DNA from: a virus | Lineage: Duplodnaviria > Caudoviricetes | Direction: 5' to 3' (one strand) | Length of the DNA: 64,000 nt | Virus record (IMG/VR): IMGVR_UViG_3300010052_000131 | Location: 3,500-67,499 of that record | Shown: positions 9,441-18,557 of the stretch, piece after piece | Position numbering within the stretch: the first letter of the stretch is position 1 | How the letters are laid out: each line of letters begins with the position of its first letter | Notes under the pieces: model-generated | Told to the model about the DNA's origin: nothing | Database searches by the model: none | Seen by the model: the letters and a program-made list of their open reading frames with translations, nothing else | Made by a program: the position numbers and the translations under genes

Positions 9441-9692
9441 ATGGCCTATAAGCAGATGTTTTTCGTCCAAGTCTTTTGTCTTGATAGCAAAAATCGCCTC
9501 ATCGGCGGCCAGTCCTACTCCGTTGTCGATGCCGAAGAAGCGCAGCGAAAAGCCCGATGGCTGAGCGAGAAAGTCACCGGCGTCGTGGCGTTTTCGCAAA
9601 TGGTGGAAGATCGGAGCGGGGACGTCGAAGAGCCAGTCCTGCTGGCGTTTCATGGCCGCGTCCCGGCCGAAGCTCGCGCCGCCGCAGCCTGA
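9441..9692 (+). CDS. Small SOS-regulated protein, candidate antirepressor
   Basis: 83 aa, GGAG RBS, GVVAFSQ...GDVEEPVLLAFHGRVP motif; LexA box upstream. Function is inference. Confidence 0.7.
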   Translation: MAYKQMFFVQVFCLDSKNRLIGGQSYSVVDAEEAQRKARWLSEKVTGVVAFSQMVEDRSGDVEEPVLLAFHGRVPAEARAAAA

Positions 9693-9699
9693 CCGCTCA

Positions 9700-9915
9700 A
9701 TGTCACGCGTGACATCGCAACTTTCCACCGGTCAGCGGGGAGAACCCCGCGGGCCGCTTGTGGATTGCTGTGGAAAAATGATCGGCGCTCGGTCTTCTTC
9801 GAGCGCCTGCTTTCAAAATATCAACGGCTTATCTGGCGTCGGGAGATGTCACGTGTGACATGCGTGACCACCGTGACGTGTCACGCCTCAGACTTAGACA
9901 CATACATATAAACCG
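9700..9915. repeat. GTCACG/CGTGAC repeat cluster, candidate origin
   Basis: ATGTCACGCGTGACAT (9700-9715), ATGTCACGTGTGACAT (9846-9861), CGTGAC 9863 and 9872, GTCACG 9880, then catacatataaa. Confidence 0.55.
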
Positions 9916-9976
9916 AGACACCTGTTCTGATGCCGCGCGCGGGGAAGTGGCTTGGCAGGGAAGGGGCTTTAGATTT

Positions 9977-10429
9977 TTACCGACCGACCATCGCCGGATG
10001 GGTCACGCCTCTGAAGGGTGATCCGTTGATCTCAACCTGAACTAAAGGAACTGGATTTGTTTCTTCGATCAGCACGGGCGTGCCCGCCGGCACAAAGGCG
10101 CATCCGAGTGTTGCGAGATCCGGCTGCGGCATCGCGCGTTGGATCCGTTCGCTCTTGCCTTGAGATAAGACGCTCAGAGTTCGATCGCCGGCCGCCGCCA
10201 CCGCCTGGTCGGTAGCCAGATCAACCGTGGCCAGGTCAGGGCAAATGATCGCGCCGTCGACCACGGGATTGGCGCGGCGCGCCTTAGCCCATCGTGCGCC
10301 CTGTGGCGCCAGCAATTCCTGAATGCGCCGCTTTTCGCTGTCGGTCTGAGCCGCCGCGGGATCGTTGTCGGCAATCGTGGTCATCGACCATGCGAATGCA
10401 AGCAATGCGCCGGAAACCAGCCGGTTCAT
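9977..10429 (-). CDS. Exported protein co-translated with repressor (possible superinfection exclusion)
   Basis: Signal-peptide-like MNRLVSGALLAFAWS; ATGA overlap with repressor stop. Confidence 0.7.
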   Translation of the reverse strand: MNRLVSGALLAFAWSMTTIADNDPAAAQTDSEKRRIQELLAPQGARWAKARRANPVVDGAIICPDLATVDLATDQAVAAAGDRTLSVLSQGKSERIQRAMPQPDLATLGCAFVPAGTPVLIEETNPVPLVQVEINGSPFRGVTHPAMVGR

Positions 10430-10938
10430 CGGCGAGCTTTCTTCCGAGCCGGTTCAGAGCTGGATTTCTTGGCGACAGCCGCCGGTGGCGGAAACCAGAG
10501 CTGATCAAAGCTCACGCCCATTTTCGTAGCCAGGATGTCGAGCTGTTCGATGCTGAATTTGTGCGGGTATTGCTCAAGGTATTCGTAGTAATCCTGATCG
10601 CGATCAATAGCTTTCGCCAAATCGGCGACCTTCGCGTGCATGTATTCCCGCCATTCCCGCAAGAAAACGCGCCGCGGCTTGGACCGCTTGATAAGCGTCG
10701 GCTCATTGCCTTTCGGAATGAGCGCGGGCAATGAATCTTCGCCTAGCTTGCCGAGTAGCCAATCAAGCGGAACATCATAGAGGTCGGACAAGGCGGCGAA
10801 CTTGGCCTGGTCGGGGCGACTCGTGCCGCCCTCCCACTGCGTGACCGACACGCGCGCGATCTCGAAGTGGTCCGCCACTTGTTGTTGGGTCAGACCTCTC
10901 CGCTTTCGGGCGACCTTAAGTCGTTCAAACAATTCCAT
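10426..10938 (-). CDS. cI: Phage repressor with two XRE-type HTH domains
   Basis: RLKVARKRRGLTQQQVADHFEIARVSVTQWEGGTSRP plus second HTH-like LREWRE...VADLAKAI...; divergent from cro; start MELFER at 10938. Confidence 0.85.
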   Translation of the reverse strand: MELFERLKVARKRRGLTQQQVADHFEIARVSVTQWEGGTSRPDQAKFAALSDLYDVPLDWLLGKLGEDSLPALIPKGNEPTLIKRSKPRRVFLREWREYMHAKVADLAKAIDRDQDYYEYLEQYPHKFSIEQLDILATKMGVSFDQLWFPPPAAVAKKSSSEPARKKARR

Positions 10939-10947
10939 TTTTGCATA

Positions 10948-11014
10948 GTAGGCTGAGCCTACCACGTAGTCACCTACATCGGGCTTGACAAAGTAGGTAG
11001 GCATCTCCTACGTT
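10948..11014 (+). promoter_or_regulatory. PR promoter with repressor operators
   Basis: TTGACA (10985-10990)-N17-CTACGT; operators GTAGG-ctgag-CCTAC (10948-10962) and GTAGG-catct-CCTAC (10997-11011). Confidence 0.82.
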
Positions 11015-11020
11015 GCCGCG

Positions 11021-11230
11021 ATGCTCGACGTAGTCACCAAAGCGGCCAAGGAAGTTGGCGGGATCGTGCGGCTGGCCGAAATTCTCGGCATCAAGCACCC
11101 TTCCTTCTATTCGTGGGAACGCGTGCCCGCTGAGCGGGCGATGCAGATTGCCGAACTCGCCAAGGTTCCTCCTCACAAGGTGAGGCCGGACATCTATCCG
11201 GCGCCAAAATCGAAAGCGAGCGCGGCATGA
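11021..11230 (+). CDS. cro: Cro-like (YdaS/Cro) repressor
   Basis: AAKEVGGIVRLAEILGIKHPSFYSWERVPAER...KVRPDIY. Confidence 0.88.
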   Translation: MLDVVTKAAKEVGGIVRLAEILGIKHPSFYSWERVPAERAMQIAELAKVPPHKVRPDIYPAPKSKASAA

Positions 11231-11472
11231 TCGCGCGTGACCGAACATCGGGGGGACGATGGATGCCCGGCCACGCGCATGCGCCGCGGCGGTGGCGCAA
11301 TTTAATTCCGGTGTTTGACGGTCTCGCCCCTGGCGCGCCGTTCGAACGCAGCAAAATCTTTCAGGCGCTGATCGACGTAGGTGCGCTGATTTTCGGCGTC
11401 TTCTTTCTTTGCGTCGCGGCCAGCTCGATCGGAGCTTCTTTCTACATTCTGTTTTTCGTGAGGACTGGCTAG
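11227..11472 (+). CDS. Small membrane protein
   Basis: C-terminal hydrophobic helix; ATGA overlap with cro. Confidence 0.55.
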   Translation: MIARDRTSGGRWMPGHAHAPRRWRNLIPVFDGLAPGAPFERSKIFQALIDVGALIFGVFFLCVAASSIGASFYILFFVRTG

Positions 11473-11618
11473 CGCTGCGGTTGCCGCCGCGGTGCTGCAA
11501 GATTTCACGTGAAACGATTTTAGCAGTGGCGCGGAGACCGTTCGCAGCGGCTTCCACGTATCGAGTTCGGGTTCAGTTGAGTGCTCGTCCATGTGCAACA
11601 GCATGGAGGAGATTGAGA

Positions 11619-12050
11619 GTGTCGACAGCCAAGCAGGGTGGCGAATCGTATCGCCAAGGGGCAATGCGCGCAGCGGTGAATGATGGAGCGGTGGCGAGGC
11701 AGTATCTCGCGCGTACCGAAGACCTGATCGCCGATCAGAAAGGGCGGACCGTCGAAGATATCCGCCCGTCCGTCGCATCTGCATTGAAGATCACGGCTTC
11801 TGCGGTTCATCTGATCCGACGCGGCCGGCGCAAGGAAATCCCGTCCTGGCTGATGGATAAAATAGTCGGGCTGTTCATCGAGACGGCCCAAAACGAAATG
11901 CGCGCGCTGGAGCATGAAATTGAAGTGGCTCGCCGCCTTGGCTTGGACCATCGTGATGGCACGATTAGCGCGGCTAAGGCTCGCGCTGCGGCTATCTTGC
12001 GCGTTCTCGAAAGCGTCAGTTCGGAAGGCTCGATCGGAGGCCAGCGTTGA
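11619..12050 (+). CDS. CII-like transcription regulator (HTH)
   Basis: GGAGG RBS before GTG 11619; [24 protein letters not shown]; position after cro. Confidence 0.6.
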   Translation: MSTAKQGGESYRQGAMRAAVNDGAVARQYLARTEDLIADQKGRTVEDIRPSVASALKITASAVHLIRRGRRKEIPSWLMDKIVGLFIETAQNEMRALEHEIEVARRLGLDHRDGTISAAKARAAAILRVLESVSSEGSIGGQR

Positions 12051-12322
12051 GCATGGCGACCGCGACAGCCGTTCACGACGAACCCGCGACACGATTCGCG
12101 AAGGATCAACTGAAAGCGATCGTCGAGCGGATTGAACGGCTCGAGGAAGAGAAAAAGACGATCGCGGACGATATCCGCGACGTCTATGCCGAAGCCAAGG
12201 GCAATGGTTACGACGTCAAGGCGCTGCGTACCATCGTGCGCCTGCGCAAGCAGGACGCCAACGAGCGCGCTGAACAGGAAACCATCCTCGAAACCTACAT
12301 GCAAGCGCTGGGGATGCTGTGA
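12047..12322 (+). CDS. gapR: GapR/DUF2312 nucleoid-associated protein
   Basis: [51 protein letters not shown]...YMQALGML. Confidence 0.95.
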   Translation: MSMATATAVHDEPATRFAKDQLKAIVERIERLEEEKKTIADDIRDVYAEAKGNGYDVKALRTIVRLRKQDANERAEQETILETYMQALGML

Positions 12323-15300
12323 ACGCTCCCGAACCATATCGCCAGTTCTTGGAAGCCAAGGTCAAGCTGGCGGCGAATGTCGGCTTCGACGTCGAGATGG
12401 CGGATATCAATCCGGCGCTGAAACCGCATGTCCGCGTCGCGGTCCAGTGGGCTTGCGCCGGCGGGTGCCGGGCGTTCTTCGCCCGCTTTGGCATGCAGAA
12501 GACGACGTGGCACCTCGAAGTGATGCGCCTGGTCAAGAAGCACACGGGCCGGCCGGTGCTGATCGTGGTGCCGCTGGGCGCCCGGCTTTCATTCTTCAAT
12601 GATGCCGCAGAATATTTCACCGGCGATTTCGCGATCAAGCTGAAGTTCGTCCAGTCGAGCGATGAGGTTGATCCCGACGCGATCAATCTGACGAACACGG
12701 AAAGCGTCCGGGAAGGGAAGATCGACCCGGCGCTGTTCGGCGGCACCACGTTCGACGAGGGCGATATCCTCCGCAACCAGTCATCAAAGACCTTCTGGGA
12801 GTTCGTCCGCAATTGGACCGGCATCGCGTACCGGTTCGTTGCCACCGCCACGCCGGACCCGCAGGATTATACCGAGCTGCTGGCCTATGCGTCCTATCTC
12901 GGCATCATGGACGTGGGGCAGGCGCGGACACGGTTCTTCAAGAGGAATTCGGAGAAAGCGGACGAACTCACCCTGCACCCGCACAAAGAACAGGAATTCT
13001 GGCTCTGGGTCGCGTCCTGGGCGCTGTTCTTGTATCGGCCGTCCGACCTGGGCGACGACTTCTCCGATGAAGGCTACATCCTGCCGGACCTCGATATCCG
13101 CTGGCATGAAGTGCCGTCGGATCATTCCAACGCCGAAGCCGAAGAAACCGGCCAGATGGACGCGCAGGGCCGCGCCCTCAAGCAGGGCGTGCTGCTCAAG
13201 AACGCCGCCCTCGGCGTCAAGCAGGCCTCGGCGGAGAAGCGGGACAGCATCCCGGCCCGGATCGCCAAGCTGTCCGATATCCGCCGCGAGCTGCCGGAGG
13301 CCCACCGGCTGATCTGGCACGATCTCAACGACGAGCGCGACGCCATCAAGAAGGCCGTGCCGGAAGTCGCCGTGGTAACCGGGACGATGGATCTGGTGAA
13401 GCGTGAGGAAACGCTGACCGGATTTGCCCGCGGCGAGATCAAGGAAATGGCCGGCAAGCCGTCGATGATCGGGTCGGGCGGCAACTATCAGGCGTTCTGC
13501 TGGCATGCCGTGTTCCTGGGCGTCGGCTACAAGTTCAAGGATTTCATCCAGGCCATTCACCGCATTCAGCGGTACGGGCAGGGGTTTGCCCATTTCAGCG
13601 GCGACGAGCCGCGGGTTCGGATCGATATCATCGCCACCGAAGCGGAGCGGGCGATCGTCGAGAAGCTGAAAACGCGCTGGAAGCGGTACGACGAACAGGC
13701 CGCGCGCATGTCCGCCTTGATGCGCGAATACGGCCTCGCCAAGACATCGCTGGGCATGGCGCTTACCCGCGCGATGGGAACAGAGCGTCAGGAAGTCAAG
13801 GGCGAGCTCTTCACTGCCGTCAACAATGACTGCGTCGAAGAAACCCGCCGGATGGAATCCGGCAGCGTGGGGCTGATCGTGTCGTCGCTGCCGTTCTCGA
13901 CGCAATATGAGTACACGCCGTCCTATAATGATTTCGGTCACACCGACGACGACGCGCACTTCTTTGAGCAGATGGATTTCCTGACGCCGGAATTGCTGCG
14001 GGTGCTGAAGCCCGGCCGCGATTGCGTGATCCACTGCAAAGACCGAATCGTCGAGGGCTCGCGCACCGGGCTAGGCTTCCAGACGGTCGAGCCGTTCGCC
14101 GACAAGGTGAAGGCCCACTTCATCAAGCACGGCTTTGCCTATCTCGGCACCAAATACATCGCCACCGACGTGGTGCGCGAGAATGCGCAGTCCTATCGTC
14201 TGGGCTGGACCGAACAGTGCAAGGACGGCTCACGCATGGGCGTGGGCTTGGTGGAGTATCTGCACATTTTCCGCAAGCCGCAGACCGATCGCTCGCGCGG
14301 CTATGCGGATGAGCCGGTGGTGAAGTCGATGGACGATTACACCGTCGGCCGCTGGCAGATCGACGCCGGCGGCGTCACCAGGTCATCCGGCAACCGCTTG
14401 CTGACGCCGTCCGAGCTGGCCGCGCTGCCGCCCAAGGGTGTCTTCGCCCGCTACAAGGAGCACTCCCTGACGACCGTCTATGACGTCGAGCACCATGTGG
14501 CCTGCAACGATGCCTTGCGCGCCGTCAACAAGCTGTTCCCCGATTTTTGCATTACACCGGTGCAGAGCTGGCACCCGGACGTTTGGACCGATGTAGTCCG
14601 CATGCGGACGCTCAACACGATCGCCGCGCAGAAATCGCGCGAGAAGCACCTGTGCCCGCTGCAGTTCGATATCGTCGAACGCGTCATCCGCCAAATGTCG
14701 AACCCGGGGGATATCGTGCTCGACATGTTCGGCGGCCTGATGACCGTGCCGTATTGCGCGATCAAGATGGGGCGGCGCGGCTACGGCATCGAGCTGTCGG
14801 CGGATTATTGGCGCGACGGCGTGAAGTATTGCCGCGAGGCGGAGGCGGCGCGCGCGGTGCCCGGGCTGTTCGACCTGATCGAGGCCCAAGACAATTCAGA
14901 GACACCAAGCGGAGACACCGCAAGCTCACGACGGTTGATCGCCGGCGTGGGGACGGATGGAGCGGCGAGCGCGAGCGCTTCCCAACCGTCGTATTCACTC
15001 GCGCCAGGTGACCCGGCATCTGTTGAGGGGGCAGGGGCGGACGCGCCCTCGCACGCACCGCCGGCGACCAATCCCGTAGCGAAAGCAACCAGAGGCAAAA
15101 CCGGAACGGCTGGGATCACAGGTCCCGTAAGACGATCGACCACCGGAACGGGGTTGCGAGTAGGCGAGGCTGACGCGGATCAGCCGCCAACGTCGGTAGA
15201 CGTGACGGGCGGAGAGAGTGCCGCCGGCGACGCCCCGGAGCTAGTAGCGACCGATCAGAATGCGGTTGCGAATACTCCGGGCGCGTCGCTGATCGACCTT

Positions 15301-15486
15301 CCCAATCCCTTCACCGAGACCCGCACGCCACCAGACACGGTTTCCAGGCAACACCGTGGGACTTCAGGTGCGGCAACTGACGCGCCGCCGCCATCCTTTG
15401 AAATCGGCTCCGGCGGCGCGTCTTTTTCTTTCGATGACTATCCGGAGCTTCCTGAGGCGCTTCGCCGAAGAAAGGACGCGGCATGA
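12319..15486 (+). CDS. SNF2-like helicase fused to N4C/N6A DNA methyltransferase, long disordered C-terminal extension
   Basis: FGMQKT and FDEG helicase motifs, [16 protein letters not shown]; MTase SSLPF and [28 protein letters not shown]. Confidence 0.88.
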   Translation: MNAPEPYRQFLEAKVKLAANVGFDVEMADINPALKPHVRVAVQWACAGGCRAFFARFGMQKTTWHLEVMRLVKKHTGRPVLIVVPLGARLSFFNDAAEYFTGDFAIKLKFVQSSDEVDPDAINLTNTESVREGKIDPALFGGTTFDEGDILRNQSSKTFWEFVRNWTGIAYRFVATATPDPQDYTELLAYASYLGIMDVGQARTRFFKRNSEKADELTLHPHKEQEFWLWVASWALFLYRPSDLGDDFSDEGYILPDLDIRWHEVPSDHSNAEAEETGQMDAQGRALKQGVLLKNAALGVKQASAEKRDSIPARIAKLSDIRRELPEAHRLIWHDLNDERDAIKKAVPEVAVVTGTMDLVKREETLTGFARGEIKEMAGKPSMIGSGGNYQAFCWHAVFLGVGYKFKDFIQAIHRIQRYGQGFAHFSGDEPRVRIDIIATEAERAIVEKLKTRWKRYDEQAARMSALMREYGLAKTSLGMALTRAMGTERQEVKGELFTAVNNDCVEETRRMESGSVGLIVSSLPFSTQYEYTPSYNDFGHTDDDAHFFEQMDFLTPELLRVLKPGRDCVIHCKDRIVEGSRTGLGFQTVEPFADKVKAHFIKHGFAYLGTKYIATDVVRENAQSYRLGWTEQCKDGSRMGVGLVEYLHIFRKPQTDRSRGYADEPVVKSMDDYTVGRWQIDAGGVTRSSGNRLLTPSELAALPPKGVFARYKEHSLTTVYDVEHHVACNDALRAVNKLFPDFCITPVQSWHPDVWTDVVRMRTLNTIAAQKSREKHLCPLQFDIVERVIRQMSNPGDIVLDMFGGLMTVPYCAIKMGRRGYGIELSADYWRDGVKYCREAEAARAVPGLFDLIEAQDNSETPSGDTASSRRLIAGVGTDGAASASASQPSYSLAPGDPASVEGAGADAPSHAPPATNPVAKATRGKTGTAGITGPVRRSTTGTGLRVGEADADQPPTSVDVTGGESAAGDAPELVATDQNAVANTPGASLIDLPNPFTETRTPPDTVSRQHRGTSGAATDAPPPSFEIGSGGASFSFDDYPELPEALRRRKDAA

Positions 15487-16241
15487 ACCAATCCGGGCGG
15501 CCGCCATGGCCAGCCCGCGAAAGACGTTATGACTGGTTTCGCTTGTACAACGATTTTCCCGGGCATCCGAAATTCCGCTACGTCGCTGGACAAACCGGCG
15601 CGTCGATTACGGATGTGCAGGCGATAGCTTCGTCGCTATTGGTTGCCGCCAACAAGTCAAAGCCTCGCGGATGGGTCGCTGACTTCGATCCCTTTGAGTG
15701 TGCGGCGTTGCACAATCTAGAACCCGAAATTGTTGTCGCGGTCTTCAAGGAATTCGAGCAGCTAGGCTGGATCGAGCAGGACTATCTCTCGACCTGGGAC
15801 AAGCGCCAGCCGGACCGGGAAGACCCGACGGCGACCGAACGCAAGCAGCGGCAGCGGGCCAAGCTGAAGGCGGCGAGGGGCGGGCAGGCTGCTGCCGCAG
15901 CGCCAGCGGCGCCACCGCCGGCATCGCCCGAACAGGAAGCCGCGGCGGCCAAGCTGGCTGCGCAATATTGGTGTTTCTCCGAAGGCCTGCAGATCGTCGC
16001 CGGCCGCACCGGCGAAAAAACCCTCGCCGTCGAACTGCGCATGAAGCGATGGGGCAACGAGATCGGCAAAGATTACGAGGCCCTGCAGGAAATCATCCGC
16101 GGCGCTGCGGCTGCGAACCTCAATGGCGACGCCTTCCGCAACCAGGTCGCCGGCCGCGTCGATGTTGCGCGGAGGCTCATGACCGTGGGCCCACCGTTGC
16201 CGATGGACCGGCCCGGCATCATCAAGGGCGGGGCCGCCTGA
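15483..16241 (+). CDS. Phage replication initiator (N-terminal wHTH)
   Basis: WFRLYNDFPGHPKFRYVA...WDKRQ...ATERKQRQRAK pattern of lambdoid O-like initiators. Confidence 0.72.
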   Translation: MNQSGRPPWPARERRYDWFRLYNDFPGHPKFRYVAGQTGASITDVQAIASSLLVAANKSKPRGWVADFDPFECAALHNLEPEIVVAVFKEFEQLGWIEQDYLSTWDKRQPDREDPTATERKQRQRAKLKAARGGQAAAAAPAAPPPASPEQEAAAAKLAAQYWCFSEGLQIVAGRTGEKTLAVELRMKRWGNEIGKDYEALQEIIRGAAAANLNGDAFRNQVAGRVDVARRLMTVGPPLPMDRPGIIKGGAA

Positions 16242-16256
16242 GATCCTGCTACCAGA

Positions 16257-16442
16257 TTAGGCCTGTTTGGAATTGGACGCTTCGATCATCGCGAGTTCGA
16301 CTTGATCAGCGAGCGTCGTGAGGTGCAGGGCCAGTCGGTCAAATAGTTCCCGTTTCTTGGAATCAGTCGTAAGGTCGCAGATCAGCCGACATTCAACCGC
16401 GTCTGTCCTGAGTTTTTCTAGGTGTTTTTGGTAGTCCTGCAT
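16257..16442 (-). CDS. Small helical protein of a Bradyrhizobium-type family (copy 1)
   Basis: MQDYQKHLEKLRTDAVECRLICDLTTDSKKRELFDRLA; paralogue at 57361. Confidence 0.75.
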   Translation of the reverse strand: MQDYQKHLEKLRTDAVECRLICDLTTDSKKRELFDRLALHLTTLADQVELAMIEASNSKQA

Positions 16443-16529
16443 GGCGGTCACCCCGGCTGGCGGGGACACACTAAGCCTAAATCAGGCCACCGGAATTTTT
16501 AAAATTGCTGATCAGCCAATCCGGAGCCG

Positions 16530-16554
16530 GGAACACGAGGGAATGACCGCCGTT
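16530..16554 (+). promoter_or_regulatory. sigma-EcfG (general stress) type promoter
   Basis: GGAAC-N16-CGTT exact. Confidence 0.55.
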
Positions 16555-16559
16555 TAAAG

Positions 16560-16637
16560 CGTGTGCCTGCAGTGGACATCGGGCACGCCGTAAGCGGCCC
16601 CGCCGGCTTCTTCCCCCCAGGGCGGGGCCGTCTTTTG
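16560..16637 (+). ncRNA. Candidate ~75 nt stress sRNA ending in GC hairpin plus U-tract
   Basis: CGGCCCCGCC/GGCGGGGCCG stem with C-rich loop and tctttt, directly after EcfG-type promoter. Confidence 0.4.
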
Positions 16638-16975
16638 GCGGTCATCGTCAGCCGCCCGCTCTTCAAGCCGAGGACCCAGCATAGAATACCACCACATGCA
16701 GCGCTGCTTTAGCCGGTTCCGTTACATCATTATAATTGCTATGGATTTTTAACCCAAATCGGGTGCATATATACCCCGTTCACACGGGGGATATCGTGAG
16801 ATCATCGACAGACGCGCATCGCATGGGCTGCATCCTTCGGGCTGCGGCCGTTTTTGCGTTGCGCGGGTAGCATCACCGCGGGTCCAGAATCGGCCGCGTA
16901 CCATCGGCGCCAGAACGGGCGCGGGGGATCGATCGAAAGGCAAGGGGACCATGAGCATCAGGGGAATGTGTGCAC

Positions 16976-17767
16976 ATGGCGAATACGAAGCGAGGGCGCC
17001 CGCGCGCGGAAGGCGAGCGGTACCCGTCGGGGAAGCTGAAGCCGGCCGCGGCAACAGCTCCCCCGGAAATGACCGGCGCGCTGTGGCAGCGCATGCTGGC
17101 CGATCAGTCGAAGGTTTTCAGTGACGCGGCCTTTGCCACCGAACTCACCCGCCTGGGCGCCACCGGCCAATTGACGCCGCGCGAAGTATCCGCCGGCCTG
17201 CGCATCGCCGGCATCTATGGCCGGTTCGAATATTACAAGAACCTCTCGCGATCGTCGGCATCGCCATACTACATCCGCGAGTTCGTTGCGGAGAGCAACG
17301 GCGGCAAGGAGGCGGCGGAGATAGATCTTGGACGCCTGCTCGATGAAGACGACCGCGAGGCGCGCGAAAAGGAAGCGACCCGGGCGTTCAAGGAACTGCA
17401 GCGCATCTTGCCGATGGCATCGCGATCCGAAACCGAGGCGCTGTGTGTCGAGAATGTCCATGTAGGCTATCAGCAGCTCATCGCGGTGCGCGAAGCCCTC
17501 AAGGTCGTCATCGACGAATTGCCGGACAGCACCACCGGCCTTTCAAAAAAGCAGAAGCGCGCCAGGCGCAAACGCATCCGGCCGTCGCTGCCGCCGCCGA
17601 CCAAGGCCGCACCGATCAAGCTCAACCCGCTGAAGGATGCGTTCATGCTCTTGCAGCGCAAACTCAGCCCGCAGCTCGATGCCGATCAATTGGAAAAGGC
17701 GTGGGACATCCTATGTACGTTGCGCGCTCGAGAGGATTTTCGCTTGCAGAAGACAGAAACGAGATGA
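16976..17767 (+). CDS. Putative late-gene regulator (Q-position protein)
   Basis: KRGRPRAEGERYPSGKLKP N-terminus typical of alphaproteobacterial prophage proteins at this locus; function by position only. Confidence 0.6.
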   Translation: MANTKRGRPRAEGERYPSGKLKPAAATAPPEMTGALWQRMLADQSKVFSDAAFATELTRLGATGQLTPREVSAGLRIAGIYGRFEYYKNLSRSSASPYYIREFVAESNGGKEAAEIDLGRLLDEDDREAREKEATRAFKELQRILPMASRSETEALCVENVHVGYQQLIAVREALKVVIDELPDSTTGLSKKQKRARRKRIRPSLPPPTKAAPIKLNPLKDAFMLLQRKLSPQLDADQLEKAWDILCTLRAREDFRLQKTETR

Positions 17768-18024
17768 CGGAATACATCCCGCATCTCCATTTGCGCGAGG
17801 GGGACAAGGCTTACGTTCGCGTGACGGTGCTGAAGACGTGTTCGGATGCATTTCAGGTGCGGATTGAAGACTTCCCCAAATTCATCATCACGACGTGGGT
17901 GCCGGCGTCTGAAGTCGCGAAGGCCGAAGATATCGCCCGGCTCAATATACCGCGTCGGCGCGATCTCAAATATCTAGACCCGCACTACCTATCGGAGTGG
18001 GAACGCCAAAAACTTCCGAAATGA
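17764..18024 (+). CDS. Hypothetical protein (SH3-like beta composition)
   Basis: ATGA overlap; MTEYIPHLHLREGDKAYVRVTV. Confidence 0.55.
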   Translation: MTEYIPHLHLREGDKAYVRVTVLKTCSDAFQVRIEDFPKFIITTWVPASEVAKAEDIARLNIPRRRDLKYLDPHYLSEWERQKLPK

Positions 18025-18206
18025 TTTGCGGCCGCAATTTGCGTGGCCTCCAAAAGAGCCGGTCGCCGTTAACTTTCTAAGCCGCGGATTTGTTGGCGAT
18101 GTTGCCGCTTTCGCGTTTCAAGTTAACCTTCTGCTACAGGCAGATTTGACAATTTCCTGATTTTCGTTTTCACTACCGAAATTCAAGGTTGGACAAAGCT
18201 ATGTAG

Positions 18207-18234
18207 CCCGCAGCGATTTCGCCGCGGGTTTTTT
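18207..18234 (+). terminator. Intrinsic terminator
   Basis: cccgc-agcg-attt-cgcc-gcggg followed by T6. Confidence 0.6.
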
Positions 18235-18557
18235 CGTTTTGGGTACCGCGTATGGTTCGACCTTCCTCCGACATCGCGGGGTCGGCAGAGCCCGTACCGT
18301 CATGTGAAGCGCGCGCCAAACAGTTGACCAAGCCCTTCGCGGGCGACGCGTCCCTTGACGCCTGGACCGTGCGCATGCTCGCCGCGGCTGATGATTTTCA
18401 AAAGAACAAGCGTTCCGATCCGCTAGGCGGATTTCTCGTAACGCATCTGAGATAGCGCGCCACGGTTGCCCCCGGCGCGTTGCGCGGCTGGCCAGCTTTC
18501 TCAATGGTCCCTGTGCCTGGAGCTGGCCAGCCTGCGCCCCCTTTCGAGGCAAACGCC

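Noticed and set aside
9700-9890. CRISPR array or remnant replication gene
   Set aside because: No regular repeat-spacer period or cas genes; the RDVSR-like frame has an upstream stop and no start codon
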